Source: Camelus dromedarius (Eukaryota). From it: 64,000 nt of DNA. Made by a program: the position numbers and the translations under genes. How positions within the stretch are numbered: the stretch's first letter is position 1; each line of letters opens with the position of its first letter. Location of the stretch: positions 33,296,001 through 33,360,000 of the forward strand of contig NC_087437.1 of the NCBI RefSeq assembly GCF_036321535.1, given 5' to 3'. The notes under the pieces were generated by a model that did no database searches, had not been told where the DNA came from, and was given only the letters and a program-made list of their open reading frames with translations. Below are positions 25,743 through 38,300 of the stretch, one piece after another.

Positions 25743-26357
25743 CAGTCTAGCAAGATTTATGCTCCCCCTTCTGTTATGTTGGGCTCAGAATCCTAAGTGG
25801 GGGTGACACAGAGGTGGACACTCCAAGTGCAGCCCTTCAGAGAACTGAGGAGTCCGATGCAGGCAAGACAACACAGAGCTCCTGGGAGCCCTCCCTCACC
25901 TGAGGAACCAGGGCTGGTGGGTGGATAGAGGCGGTGGTCGTGTATGAAGTGGTGAGGCTGAGTGTGCTCCTTACAGGGAGCACCCATCCTGACTGGGCAG
26001 TGCTGTAGCATACCTGTCACTGGATGTTTTGAATGTGACTCCTGGGCATATGTTCCTCCCTGAGAGCTGTGGTTGGCTTGGTGATAGGCCCCTGAATTAC
26101 CATGGACCTTGTTCTCTACTGGGAGAAGGAGAGGGCCAGTTGTTCACTGGGGTTGTTCAGTTGCTGCTGACAGGCAGCAAACTGTCGGCCACTGGGAAGC
26201 CCCTGGGTTACAGGGCGGGGATAGGTGGAGGGCAGAGGAAGGGAAGTGAATGGGATGGATATCATGATCCAGGGCAGGATTTCTAACACGAGTAATATAA
26301 GGATTCCTTTTCAGAGAAGAATGTTACAGCATATCTCCAGTGTTAAAGGAAATTAGT

Positions 26358-26488
26358 CTTTGTTATGTCCTTTTGGGGGGAGGGGTAATTAGATTTTATT
26401 TATTTTTTTAAAAGAAGTACTGGAGCTTGAACCCAGGACCTCATGTATGCTAAACATACACTCTACCATTGAGCTATAACCTCCCCCC
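26358..26488 (-). mobile_element. tRNA-derived SINE (camelid Vic-1-like) with TSD
   Basis: Reverse complement GGGGGAGGTTATAGCTCAATGGTAGAG...GAGGTCCTGGGTTCAAGC has A and B boxes; TSD ggaaattagt at 26348-26357 and 26491-26500; homologous to the copy at 44707. Confidence 0.88.
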
Positions 26489-27019
26489 AGGGAAATTAGT
26501 TTTATTATAGTGTTTCTTAAATATGTTTAAACAGAAGACTAATTATAAATTCCTCATATTTTTAGTCATACAACTATGAAACTGAAACAACTTAGAAAAA
26601 CCAAATGGAAACAAAATTACAATAACAATAACATTCTAATTAGTGACACTGATTTAATGTGATGAATGCTGTTGTTTGGCTGAAATGGCCACACTCATTA
26701 CATGTATGTGGCATTGACACCACAGGCTCTGTGGACATCGTGGCCTCCACTTCATGTGTCGTGGGCTGACTCAGTTATCTGTTACCCAGCCCCCATGTCT
26801 AGAGAAACAACCGTGTGCCTTTTGTTCTTACAGGGGCCATGATATCCTTTGGCCTCCCCTGGGTGCAGAGACGTTATCAGCCTCTGCACAACTCTGTGGT
26901 GCCAGCGTGATCATAATACCCAGCTCGGGTACCAGTGCTGTATGGCACTTCCTGGTAATACAGTGATTGATTGTACAGATGATAAGGAATATGCTTGTTT
27001 TCATTTTTGTTGAGGTTGA

Positions 27020-27495
27020 TTTGGGATTGCACTCCACTGAAATGTAAGCTCTCTTGAGAACATGGGCTTTTGTTTTGTATCTGCAATGTTCTTGGTGCTG
27101 AGAGTGGGGCCAAGGACAGCTTTGTCCAGTAGAAAGATAATGCAACTCATAAATATGAGCCATGTATGTAATTTAATATTTCCTAGTAACCACATTTTAA
27201 AAAAAGTAAAAAGGAACAGGTTAAATTTGAGTATATTTTATTTAACCCAGTATATTTATCATTTCATCATGTAATCAATATAAAAGTAATGCAAGATTTT
27301 GTATTTTTCTTTTTGTGCTAAGTCTCCAAAATCTGGTGTGTATTTTACATTTATAGCTCATCTCAATTCAGACCAGCCACATTTCAGGGGCTCAATAGTT
27401 TCATGTAGCTTGAGGCTACTGTGTTGGACAGTGCAGGTATGGAAGATTAATAGGTGTACAATAAACATGTTTTTAAAAGAATATTCCTTGATGAA
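27020..27495 (+). mobile_element. L2 3' end split by MER33
   Basis: aatgtaagctctcttgagaac before the MER33; taggtgtacaataaacatgttt after it. Confidence 0.65.
27117..27436. mobile_element. MER33 hAT-Charlie element
   Basis: cagctttgtccagtagaa...catgtaatcaatataaaa...agccacatttcag..ctcaatag...ttggacagtgcag; homologous to 63624-63931. Confidence 0.85.
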
Positions 27496-27594
27496 TTTAC
27501 AAAGAGCTTCCAGACACTCAGGTACTGTTTTCAGAAATGCTGGTGCCCCCTCTTATGTTACAGTGGGGGGAAGCAGAAGAAGATGGGGCCCTAA

Positions 27595-28130
27595 GCTGCT
27601 CACTTCTCTCCTGAATGAGTATGACATCCTCCTGCCTGGTCTCCCTGTGTCTAGCCTGTAATTGCTCCTGTAATTGTGCTCCCCAGAGGACTTTTTCCTA
27701 AAATGAAATGCTTATCAAATCACTCCCATTCTTAAAAATGCTCTAGTGGCTCATCTTGGACATTAAAATATAGTCCAAGTTCCTTAGTGTGGATTACAAG
27801 ACCTAGATGGTCTGGCCCTAGCCCTTTTCTCCAGTGCATCCTTACCCACTGTCCTCCTTGAGCTCCCTGCCCCAGCCACACTGGGCTTGCTTCTGTCCTT
27901 CCACCTGCCAGGCCACCTTTGCCTTTGTATCTTTGCCCATGCCACTTCCTATGCCCGTGACAGTCTTTCCTCCACTCTCCTTCCCCTCCTCATTTCCTAT
28001 ATATCCATCAGGTTCAGGTTAAAATGTCACTTCCTCCAAGAAGCCCTCCCAGAACCCCCTGCACTGTCTGGCTCTTGAATTCCTGCTGCTGTACACTACC
28101 CTAATTGAACATTTCTCACTCTCATCTCTC
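27595..28130 (+). mobile_element. L2 LINE fragment
   Basis: atcactcccattcttaaaaatgctctagtggct...cagccacactgg...aaatgtcacttcctccaagaagccctccc. Confidence 0.8.
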
Positions 28131-28594
28131 ACAGCAGAGCCCTCTTTTTCAGGAGCTGGACCCCCTACTCTTTGAGATCTAGGATAACTTAAGGAAGAAG
28201 GTGACTGATACGGATTATGGAGGCCTAGGAGATTTTATTGTCAAAGTGTGGTCAAAAGTCTTGGCAGAAAAGGAACAGACATTTCCTACCTGATTTAAAA
28301 ATATGCATTAGGGGCAAGGCTTAAATAAAATGCAGAAATCCTATTCCTCATAGCAATGTTTGGCAATCCCTTCCCCTCTCTTCACTGCGAGGACTGGAGG
28401 ATTATCCTGGAGGTTGTTGGTAGGGGAGCAGGGTCAGCCACCAAATGTGTCCTTCCCTCAATTAGGAGATGTTGGTTATTGGAAAACCTGTGACTCATCT
28501 GTCCTTGAGTATTGAGGGTTCCTCCCATGTCCTCCTCCTCTTCAATTAAAATGACTCCCATAGTAATTATATTTGGTGAACACATCAGCTAGAC

Positions 28595-28789
28595 CAGTGG
28601 TTCTGAACCAGAGGAGTGTCTCAGAATCACTGAGGAGTTTTCCTAAAGTACGGCTGTCTAATATCCGTCCTCCCCCAATTCCCCTCCAGACCTATGAATC
28701 AGAATCTCTCAGGATGGGGCCCAGGAATGCATATTGTGAATAGGCTTCTCAGCCAGCTCTGATATGTCATCTCTGGTTAAGAATCACTG
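28595..28789. mobile_element. MER5A/B MITE
   Basis: TIRs cagtggttct...agaatcactg; ccagacctatgaatcagaatctct..ggggcccaggaat. Confidence 0.85.
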
Positions 28790-29319
28790 AGCCTGGGGCA
28801 TGAGAAAGGCAGAATAGTCTAAAACCAAAGTCACTGCAGGTTATGATGAGTGCTTCTTTAATGGAGTAGGAAATGTCACTGCCCTTAGTCCCTCTACTCC
28901 AGGGGCACAGTCTGGAAGAACTATTATCCAGGGGAGAAATGGGCAGCCCGAATGAAAGGCAAGAGAATTCCTTACCTGAGTTATCAGGCTTTATTTGTTT
29001 CTTGTGCAGCTCATGATCTTAACCTTTTATTATTGCACAGCTGCCAGTTTGATTTTACAATGCAAATAAAAGTTGGATCTGTTATGACACTTCGCATTTA
29101 TTGTTCACCGTATCTATTAAGAGAGGGAATAGTTTATTAAACATTGTTCTCAAACCACATTCAAATGCCTGTTGAGAAGCAAGTTAACATAGTAAAATCT
29201 GATATTCCACCTTCCAGTGGCTGTGGGACTGTAGAGCTGAGGATGAAAAGTCGTGCCTGTATATTTGAGGACAGACGTTGGGGGAGATACACAGTGTTAG
29301 CTATCACAGTATTTTTTTT

Positions 29320-30010
29320 TAAATTCATTCATTAGGTCCTTGTCGAGGCCCTGTACCAAGTCCTGTTTCTAGCAAAGTAAATAAATAAATAAATAAATAT
29401 ATGGCGCTAGAGATGTGATCATTGCTGCAGAGAAAAATAAAGCCTGAAAGGAGGATCAGAATTATTTTGTGTGGAGTAGTGATGAGCAGAGGTGGTGGTG
29501 GTGGTGGTGACATTTGAGCACAGACCTGAAGGAGAAGAGGGGATGAACCGTGCAAGTATCTATGAGTGAAGTGTTCCCTATGGAACAGCACGTGCAGAGG
29601 CCCTGGGTATCTGCGGAATCACCAACTAGTGGGGCCAGCGTGGAGAGGAGAGGGAAAGGATGAGGTAGGAGATACCCTCAGAGGGGTAAAGGGGGCTGCA
29701 GCAGGGAGTTTACTTTTACTCTGAGCGAGAGGAAAAGCCACTGCTGACTTTTGAGCTGAAGTGTACTAGACACGACTTAATTTCAAAAGGATCATTCTGG
29801 TAGTGGCTGGAAACCACCCTCTACAGGAGCCAAAGTGAAGCAGGAAGATCCTTTAAGAAGCTGTTGCAATATCCCAGGTGAGTGATAGAAGTGGCCTGGA
29901 CAAGGGTGACAGAAGCAGAGGTGGTGAGAAGGGGTTAGATTCTCGATACATTTTAGAGGCAGAGCAAGCAGGATTTGCGAGCACAGGTGTCTGAGAGGCA
30001 GGGAAGAGTC
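29320..30010 (-). mobile_element. L2a LINE fragment
   Basis: ggtgacatttgagcacagacctgaagga...aaaggatcattctgg...ccaggtgagtgatagaagtggcctggac. Confidence 0.85.
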
Positions 30011-30279
30011 GAGGGGGACGGCTGCTTCCTGACCTTGGATCTGAAGCCGCCTCCTCCAGCTGTGCTGGCCGTCAGTCAGTTGAGATCTCCTTTCCTTGGG
30101 TTACATCTCCAACCTTAGCAGCTCTTCCCAGAGAGTTTGACTCTTTAGGTCTGAGGGCATAAATGTGGCCAAACACAAGGGGCGAGGGCAGTAGATTGAC
30201 ATGTAAAGAGGCCGCTCTGTTGGGAGATGTTCTGACAAGTAAATGGGGAGAGCTGCCTGGTGTATGTGGGAGGTGCATG

Positions 30280-30490
30280 AACTTCGGAGTCAGGCTTGGA
30301 TTTGAACAGTGGTTTAGCTGTGTGTCCTTGGGCAAACCATTTAATCTCTCTGTGCTTCCATTTCACTCCTTTGTAAAAGGCTGACAAGAAATCCTCTGTC
30401 TTGTGGCAGTGGTAGAGCTTTGTGACGCTATGTAAGCTAAGCCCAGGACAGTGCCTGGCACTTCGCAGGAACTTTACAAATGCCCAGTCT
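30280..30490 (+). mobile_element. MIR SINE
   Basis: ggagtcaggcttggatttgaa...agctgtgtgtccttgggcaaaccatttaatctctctgtgc. Confidence 0.85.
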
Positions 30491-30839
30491 CCATTCGTCT
30501 CGTCTGAGAACAGGGTCGCTAGCTGTATCAGAAACAGTGCTACAGAGATGGGAGCCTAAGAGATGAAAGTTAAGGATCCTGGCTGGGTCACTGAGAGGCT
30601 GGGCTCCCTGGACTGAAAGCTGTTTTCCGAGATTGACCAGATTCAGGGCGAGGCTTCTCAGAGCTGAGGAGCCTGCTTCAGGGAAGCTCAGCATTAACCA
30701 CCGTCTGCTGTATTGCTGGCTCGGCTGTGTCTGTCTTAGCCAGGAAGCTCTAGGAAGACAGGGGCCTGAAAGTCTCTCTCTGTGCTGTCCTTCAGTGCCT
30801 CACATGCCTCAGGGGCTTAATAACTATCTACTTGAGTGA

Positions 30840-31430
30840 ATTAGTGTTCATGGAAGAAATTGTAGCAAATACAAATGAGAAAAAGGAAAACCCACCCTTA
30901 ACCTAATTACCCGCTACTAACATTATGAGCTTTTAATCCTTCAGTCCTTTCTGTATGTTAAATTATATTGTATACTTACAGTTGACAAAACTGAGGTCAT
31001 ACTGTTTTGTAATCTGCTTTGTGAAAATATGTTCTGAACATTTTTCCAAATTGTATACTTTCCTGTAAAATCGTTTTAATGGTTGCGTAGTATTTTTTGT
31101 ATATACAAAGTACAGTTTTATAATGAACGAATTCCTTGTCTCCAGACATTTAGGTAGTTCGTGCAGTTATTTTGCTGACATAAACAGCATTATAATGAAC
31201 ATCCTTGCAGCTAAATCCTTAACCAAATAAGTGATTAGCTTCTCCATTTGAATACCAGTTTTCTTTTACTCTTTTTTTGAGATATTTATAGATTCACGTG
31301 CAGTTGTAAGAAATAATGCAGAGAGATCCTTCACACCCTTCACCCAGTATCCCCCAGTGGTAAGATAACATATTGCATACCTGTAGAACAGTAGCATAAC
31401 CAGGAAATTGACACTGATGCAACCGTTCAA
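30840..31430 (-). mobile_element. Old L1 3' fragments (L1ME-like, plus a second 3' end at about 31270-31430)
   Basis: gacatttaggtagtt...aatgaacatccttg; tttatagattcacgtgcagttgtaagaaataat..gagagatcc. Confidence 0.7.
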
Positions 31431-31514
31431 TACCTATTTTAAGTTTTTAAATTTGCCTTGGCCAGACAGACATTGTAGACACACTGTTGGGAAGCTCTAG
31501 TTTTGCATTTCAAG

Positions 31515-31637
31515 CTTGTTTGTTTCCTCTTCTGTCAACCACCCTTTTCTGTTTTCCCCTTCATCAGGTGAGCCCTGTCTACTAGTTAGCCTGCCCCGAT
31601 GGTACTATTCCTGTTGTCTTTGCACAGGGGTGTGAGT
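31515..31637 (+). other. Candidate recursive splice site with a 64-nt RS-exon
   Basis: About 50-nt AG-free pyrimidine tract, then CAG|GTGAGC (31567/31568), then a downstream donor GGT|GTGAGT (31631/31632). Confidence 0.3.
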
Positions 31638-32749
31638 TCTAGGTTCTCAGAATTCCAAGCACTAATGTTCTTCAGAGCCCCTGTGAAATAAGGTGGGAGA
31701 TGATTTCCTCTGCTATGAAGCTGTAGCTGTCTGCTGGTTTCTACTCTTCACTACCAATGCAGTAACGCCCAGGGTTATCAGAGCCAGCAGGCGTAACTGA
31801 TACAGTCTGCTGCTGATCACATTTACCAGTTACAGCTGAGAGCCAGGCTGTACGGTTACATTTCCTTTGTTCTTAATGCAGATTCTGGGTGGTCACATTT
31901 TATATACATACAAAAGTGTGTCTGTGAAATATTAATAAAATTTCTCCTTATGCACATGTGAAATAATGCAAATATTTCAAGGAAAAAATATCCAGAATTG
32001 TGTGATTTCAAAGATAACTTGAGTATAGTAGCTGTGTTTGCCTTTTGCTTCATGAAGGCCCCTCTCTAGCCCTGGAAATGGACAAACCCTCCATGGTTTG
32101 TCAGAACAGGAGCTTCTGCAGGTGATACTCGCTACTGTTGTCCCTTTATCTGAAAATTCACTGTTAGTCTAATTGAATCTTTTCTTGTAATCATAAAACA
32201 ATATCATACATGTATTCATTATTGGGTGGTACTGGTGCTGGTGCTAGTTCTAAAAATATGCCTGAAAACCAGTAACTGGAAAGCAAGGTAGATGTGATAA
32301 AACACTTTCGAGACAAACATGTACTGTGATACACTGTGCTTTTAATTTAAGAAAGAGCTCTTCATGAAATATTATAGATAATGCCAAGGACATAAAAGAC
32401 TGCATTAAAGCAAAATATGCTACAGTGGTTGTAGATTTATGTGCCAGCATCTTCATACATTATATTTATTCCAGTGGGGAAATTAGTAGTGAATTATGCA
32501 AGTTTTGATTTATGCAAGGTCTTAAGTAATTTATCCCTTGCAAACAATGCATCCCCTTCTGCTGGATTTGCTTTGCACTTTGTTCATGATTCAAGTGGTG
32601 TGTACATTTAAGATGGGAGTTTGAAACTTCTTAGTCCTAGTGGAATTGAACTTCTTTTTTTATTGTTACAGTTTATAAATGAGACTTTTAAGTCAGTGCT
32701 TGAAATTCAAGGATATGTTTCTCAAAGAAAGAGACATTATACAGGAACA

Positions 32750-32955
32750 ACATATTATTGATTACCTACTATATATGTGTCAGTGCTTTACATATTATTT
32801 CTATTTTAATATAGTCCTTACAACAACTCTGGTGTCTATTACCATGCTGAATTTGTAAGAGAGACTGCCCAGATTCAGAGAGGTGAAGTCACAGGCCCCA
32901 CGAAGATGGGAAAACTAGGATTCAAATACACATGTTTGATTCCAAAACCTGTTTT
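32750..32955 (-). mobile_element. MIR SINE
   Basis: tccttacaacaactct...cagagaggtgaagtc...aggattcaaatac. Confidence 0.7.
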
Positions 32956-34594
32956 GTCTGGGAGCCCATCATTTCCTGGGAAGTCAATAGGTACCTTTAA
33001 AAATTATAGGCAAAATTTTGTTGACCTGTTTATTCATTTTTCTGGGCAGAAGGCTCATGGCTTTCATCAAACATCCATGGGGCTTGTTAATCCCTTCTAG
33101 TGTTATACACCCCAGAACCACACACCAGAGTCCCTCCTAAATGACCCACAGAGCCTTACTTAACCCTAGCCAAGCATTAACCTTTGCAGTCAGCTATGTT
33201 TTGTGTTAATTAAGCATTGACATCTTTAGGAAGACATTTCACAACATGCAGCTATTCTGGAAACAGGATTTCTCTCTGCCCAGTCCTTCCTCTTGACAAG
33301 TTGGAGGGTGGGGTAAAATCTCTTGGCTGCAGGACAAAACTCGAAACTCTTTTGCTGCCTGGGTTTCTAAGGGATCCCAGACCTGTCCTCAGCATTGCCC
33401 TATGCATCCACAGAAATGTATACGACTACTCAAACAGAAGTCCATCTGGCTTTCTATTTCATTTCTCTCTCTCTTGTGGCATTTTTTCACGCATCATGTT
33501 GTCTTAAAATGGTTATATTTATGCCTCATCTCCTCCATTCAAGTTAGAAGGCTTCTGAAAGCAGGAGCCATGTTTTGTTTATCTTGGGGTTCCCCAAATG
33601 CCCAGGATCCTGTGTGACAGGGGCAGGAAAACACTTCAGTCTCAGAGTCACAGCAGACTCCTGCTTTCTGCAGTGTCTTCATCATGGTCACCTGCTGCCA
33701 TGGCTCCTGGCCTGTGTGGTGTGACTGTGGTGATGGGTGGGAGGTGCAGAATAGCGATGCTGGGGTGGCAGGTCAACTTCAGCCTCCTGGGGAGAAAGGA
33801 AACAACTGAGGGGCTGGAAGAAAGGTGGGGGTGCGAGGAAATGAGGCTGGGATTCAGTGCAGGCTGGTTATTTGAAAGGAGAGTGAGGAGATGGGAGGCA
33901 CTCTAACAAGGGAGCCCCCGGGGGGAAATGGCGAAGAGGGTCACAGAAAGTTATTCAGCGAGCCTTATGCACTCACCCCCCACCCCCACCCCCAGGCTTC
34001 TGTCCAACCCCCAGACCTCCACTGATCTTCAAGGCTTTGGGGACTAGTTTCTTGTTACATTTAAATGTGTAGCTAGGCCCATCCTGATGGGGGACATGCA
34101 GATTTAAGTTAATTACATGTATCTTTTAAGAGCGGAGTAAATATTGAACAATTAAGCAAATTGATTAGCTTGGGTTTTAGTAAATATGTCTGCATTTTTT
34201 TTCAAATTTAAAAACTTAATTGTAGAACATAGTATTTTCATAAAACTTAAAACAATGTCAAAGTATGTAAAAGAACAAAGCTTCCCCTACCCTTCATCTC
34301 CCCTGCTCCTTTCCCCATCACAAGTAACCTCTACTCATAATTCGTATTTGCTCATCAGACCTCTTTGTACAATATTTGTCTTTCTATGGACAAAGCCCCA
34401 CAGAGTTTGGAGAAAGAAAAAAATCTCTTTGGGTTATGTGAAGTCAAAATAGTGACAGCCATAGAATTTCTTCACCCAGTTTGACCAGAAAGTGTAATTG
34501 CTTCTTCTGTCACACTCGAGAGACCACTTGTATCTGCCTCTCTCATGAAACCATCTGCATGAGTAGGTCTGAAGTTCGGAGGGTGTGAACTTAG

Positions 34595-34660
34595 AGCATC
34601 ACGTGAGGAAATCCCTTAAGTCTTTGTTGCCCTCTCCTGACCACACGGAAGTTGCCTTTT
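34595..34660. promoter_or_regulatory. Candidate enhancer core (E-box, RUNX, ETS)
   Basis: TCACGTGA 34599-34606; ACCACA 34640-34645 directly followed by CGGAAGT 34646-34652. Confidence 0.3.
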
Positions 34661-35039
34661 CTCACTGCCATTCATTTGTTTAAGCTATGGCTGCTCTTAT
34701 GGCTGTTTCTTTTTCTTCTTATTCTTTTGTTTGTTTGTTTGTTTGACAGTGTGCTTTCAGTCAAAACGTCTTAGCAAATGCTTTTCTTTGCTAAGCTTCC
34801 CAAGGCCGTGTCAAATAGAGCACCAGGAACATCAGAAATAAAAACAGCATCCGTCACGGTGTTGATGCTGGCTGTAAATCAGTGCGTCGGCAAGGTTTAC
34901 AAACCATAGCTGACACGCTGCAGGGGCTGCCCACGTACTGGGGTGCAGACTTCCTTACCAAGTGGCACTCTTTATAGATTCCCGACATTGTCCCTGAGGC
35001 CTTTATGGAAGCACATGTTCTGCTTGTCTGGGCTCCTGT

Positions 35040-35447
35040 CTTGTTTCAACTCACTGCCTACATCCTGGTGGGGTCTTACTCTGTACTCTTGCCTTAGGTC
35101 CTTTGAACCTGCTGTTTCCTTCCTGGAATGCTCTTATCCTGCTCTCCCTGTCCCCTGCACTCATGCCCTTTTTGCAGGGCCCAGCTTCATGTAATTTCCT
35201 CAGGTCCCCCAGACCAGGTTAGCTGACTTTCCTGTCCTTCCTCCCTGCCCTGTGATATTTTGTACTTCATCCCACACTCTTTACACTTAGAATTTCTTGG
35301 TCGGTGTCTCTTTTCCTTGCTAAGTGGCAGCCTTCATGAGAGTAGGGACTGTGCCTGTCTCCATTACTGCTGTATCCCCAATATCTTGCCCAGAACTTGA
35401 CACAAAGAAGGTGCTCAATAAATAAGTTGGCAAATAATGAATTGAAG
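35040..35447 (+). mobile_element. L2 3' end
   Basis: ttcatgagagtagggactgtg...ctgtatcccca...gaaggtgctcaataaata. Confidence 0.8.
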
Positions 35448-35453
35448 TAAGAG

Positions 35454-35621
35454 CAGGGTTTCTAGACTTGGTCAAACAGGATCACCTGGAGAAACTTGGC
35501 TGCAATACAAATTTGTGAGCTTTTCCACCCAGAGATCCTGCTAGCAAGTCTAGAGTCCAGAATAGTGTGCTTTAAGGAAAGTCTCTTATGATCCATGATC
35601 AGCTAACTTGGCAGACTGCTG
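35454..35621. mobile_element. MER5B-like MITE
   Basis: cagggtttct...gatcacctggag...ccacccagagat. Confidence 0.6.
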
Positions 35622-36027
35622 GGAGACTCTTGAGGAGGAGCAGAGGGAGTAGAAGGAGCATTGGCCTGGGCATCTGAATCTCTGCCACTAACTACCTTTG
35701 CGTGCTCTGGACCATGGAGTATCAACTTTCTCAGTCTTTACCTCCTCATCTGTAAATCCAGAGATGTGGACTGTGTGTCCAGCTCTGATAATCCCCATTT
35801 CTAACACCTCTGGGCCCTCCATAAATGTCTCTGTGTATTATGTCTTTTCTCATCCCTACTATTCTCCCTTCTTTCCTTTGGTCCAAGCAATGGGCGTGGA
35901 AGTGTGACATGTGATGGATAGAAAAGCAGGCAGGTATGAGGCATCTAGTATCTTACATTATTCACTAAGCTGTGGTAGAATCATTTGCCTGGGAGGAAGG
36001 AGTTTGCTACTACCTTACATTCATCTA

Positions 36028-36552
36028 TACGGACAAACTTTAAGTTGACTCCCATGATCCTTGCTTCTTGGTGTTGTGCCCTTGCATAATCTCCTCTTCC
36101 TGAGTGTGGGTGGGACCTATGACTTGCTTCTAGCTAACAGAATATGCAAAGATGATGGGATGTCACTGCCGTGATGATGTTGCATTAAAATACTTAAGTG
36201 GCTTTTAAAACACTTGTAGTGAGGTTACATCTTGCTAGCATATTCCCTCCGGAGTCTTCCTCTTCCTGTTGCTAGCTTTGAAGAAGTAAGCTATGACACA
36301 TCCTACAGCTACAAGGAAATTAATTCTGTGAAGAAGCTGAGGGAGCTTGGAAGTAGAACTTCCCTAGTCCTGCCTCTGATGAGAACCCAGCCTTGATTAC
36401 ACCTTGATTATAGCCCTTGTTAGATTCTAAGCAGAGAACCCATCTAAGCCATGTCTGGATTTCTGATCCACAGAAACTGAGATTAATAAGTGTGTGTTGT
36501 TTTAAGTACTAAGTTTATAGTAATTTGTTATGCATCATAGGAAATGAACGTA
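36028..36552 (+). mobile_element. MaLR solo LTR (MLT1E/F-like)
   Basis: tgagtgtgggtgggacctatgacttgcttctag...gatgggatgtcact...tgttttaagtactaagttt..gtaatttgttatgca. Confidence 0.88.
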
Positions 36553-36559
36553 GTCCTCA

Positions 36560-36910
36560 ATGATGCAACAATGCTGCATAACAAACCACCTCAAAATTCA
36601 GTGAAAATTTATAATGATACGCATTTATTCTCATGCTCATGAACCTACAGGTGTACTGTGGCATTGGCTAATGTAGCTGGGCTCAGCTGCTGACTGTGGA
36701 TTATGTTGAGGTCTGCTCCACATGTGTTGGTCCAGTCATGGGCTGAAAGGTAGCTAGTTTTTCTCATAGTGATCCACAGGTGCTAAAGTACCAAGCCAAA
36801 ATGTACAAATACGTCTAAGACCTATATAGGTCTGGTGTCACGGCTCTAACATTTCATTGGCCAAAGCCAGTCACATGGCTTTCCAACATCAATGGGAAGT
36901 GAATATTTCC
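36560..36910 (-). mobile_element. MaLR LTR (MLT1H/I/J-like)
   Basis: gctgcataacaaaccacctcaaaattcagt...cattggccaaagccagtcacatggc. Confidence 0.8.
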
Positions 36911-36959
36911 TAATCAGTAATCAAAAGTATAAAAATTTGTCTGGCCTCTTAGTTTTGTT

Positions 36960-37280
<321 letters not shown>

Positions 37281-37399
37281 ACCTGGATTTCCCAGGTGAT
37301 TCCCAGTGGATCTATGTTGAGAGTGCATAGCAACACTCTTCTAAGTGTTCTAAGAGCCATGCAGGTATTTTAGGCCATGCTGAGGGCTTCGCTTCCCTG

Positions 37400-37760
37400 A
37401 ATGCCCTGCTCCCTCATCCTGGGCCTTTGTGCTAGCCATTCCCTTATCTGTAATGGTTTTTCCTACTCCTCCCAACTCACAGTGTCCCTAAACCTAACAT
37501 CCATACTCACTGTTCAGCTCTTTGATCTCAGCTTAAACTTTCACTCCCTGGAGACTCCTCCCTTGACTCGTGCCCTTTCCACCTTCTCCCATCATGCTCT
37601 GCACTTCTCTCTGTTGTAGCAGTTAACCCACCACTTTACAGCGACCTGTCAGCAACCTGAAGGTGGGAGCTAGGCTGTGCCTCTTCTTCACTGCACGCGT
37701 TACAGCGTCCAGGACGCAGTAGACAGGAGTGTTTGTTTACTGGCTGGCTGACTCATGCTT
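37400..37760 (+). mobile_element. L2 fragment
   Basis: gggcctttgtgctagccattccc...tctcagcttaaac..cactccctggagact. Confidence 0.6.
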
Positions 37761-38009
37761 TCTGCGTGTGGCCTCAGAAGCCACAGATGCTACTATTTAC
37801 CTGTGAGTGACACCTCGCTTTGCTGCTTTTGTGCTGTTGTTTTATTTACTTTTCACAGTCTGGCTTTATTCTCCTCAATTATTAAATAAAACCTGGATAA
37901 TTCTTAAGAGCTACTGGGGCCAACTAGCAATTTTTAAATAATTTGTGAAAATTCCTAGACAAAGAATACAGAATGAGTGGTGCTGGGTGTAGCATGGAAG
38001 TTCAGCACT

Positions 38010-38300
38010 CCTGGTTCATGGCAAGAACCATGGCCTTAGGCCAGATTATGAAAGTCCTGGAAGGTCATATTCAGACATTTAGACTCTAGTCTTTGGGCAG
38101 TAGGGAATCGCAGCGGTTTTGAGAGGAGAGCAACATGGTCAAATGAGTGTTTTAGATAGATCTAAATGGGTGAGCAAGGTTGAATGAGGGCCATCCACGG
38201 GAAGCTGTTGTCCTGATGAGACCTCCTGTTGGCTTAGACCAGGGTCATGGTGGCGGGAAAGGAGAGGAGAGAGAGATTCTAGAGGTAATGAAACACTCTT
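38010..38300 (-). mobile_element. L2 fragment
   Basis: ggccagattatgaaagtcctggaagg...ggcagtagggaatc...aacatggtcaaat. Confidence 0.65.
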
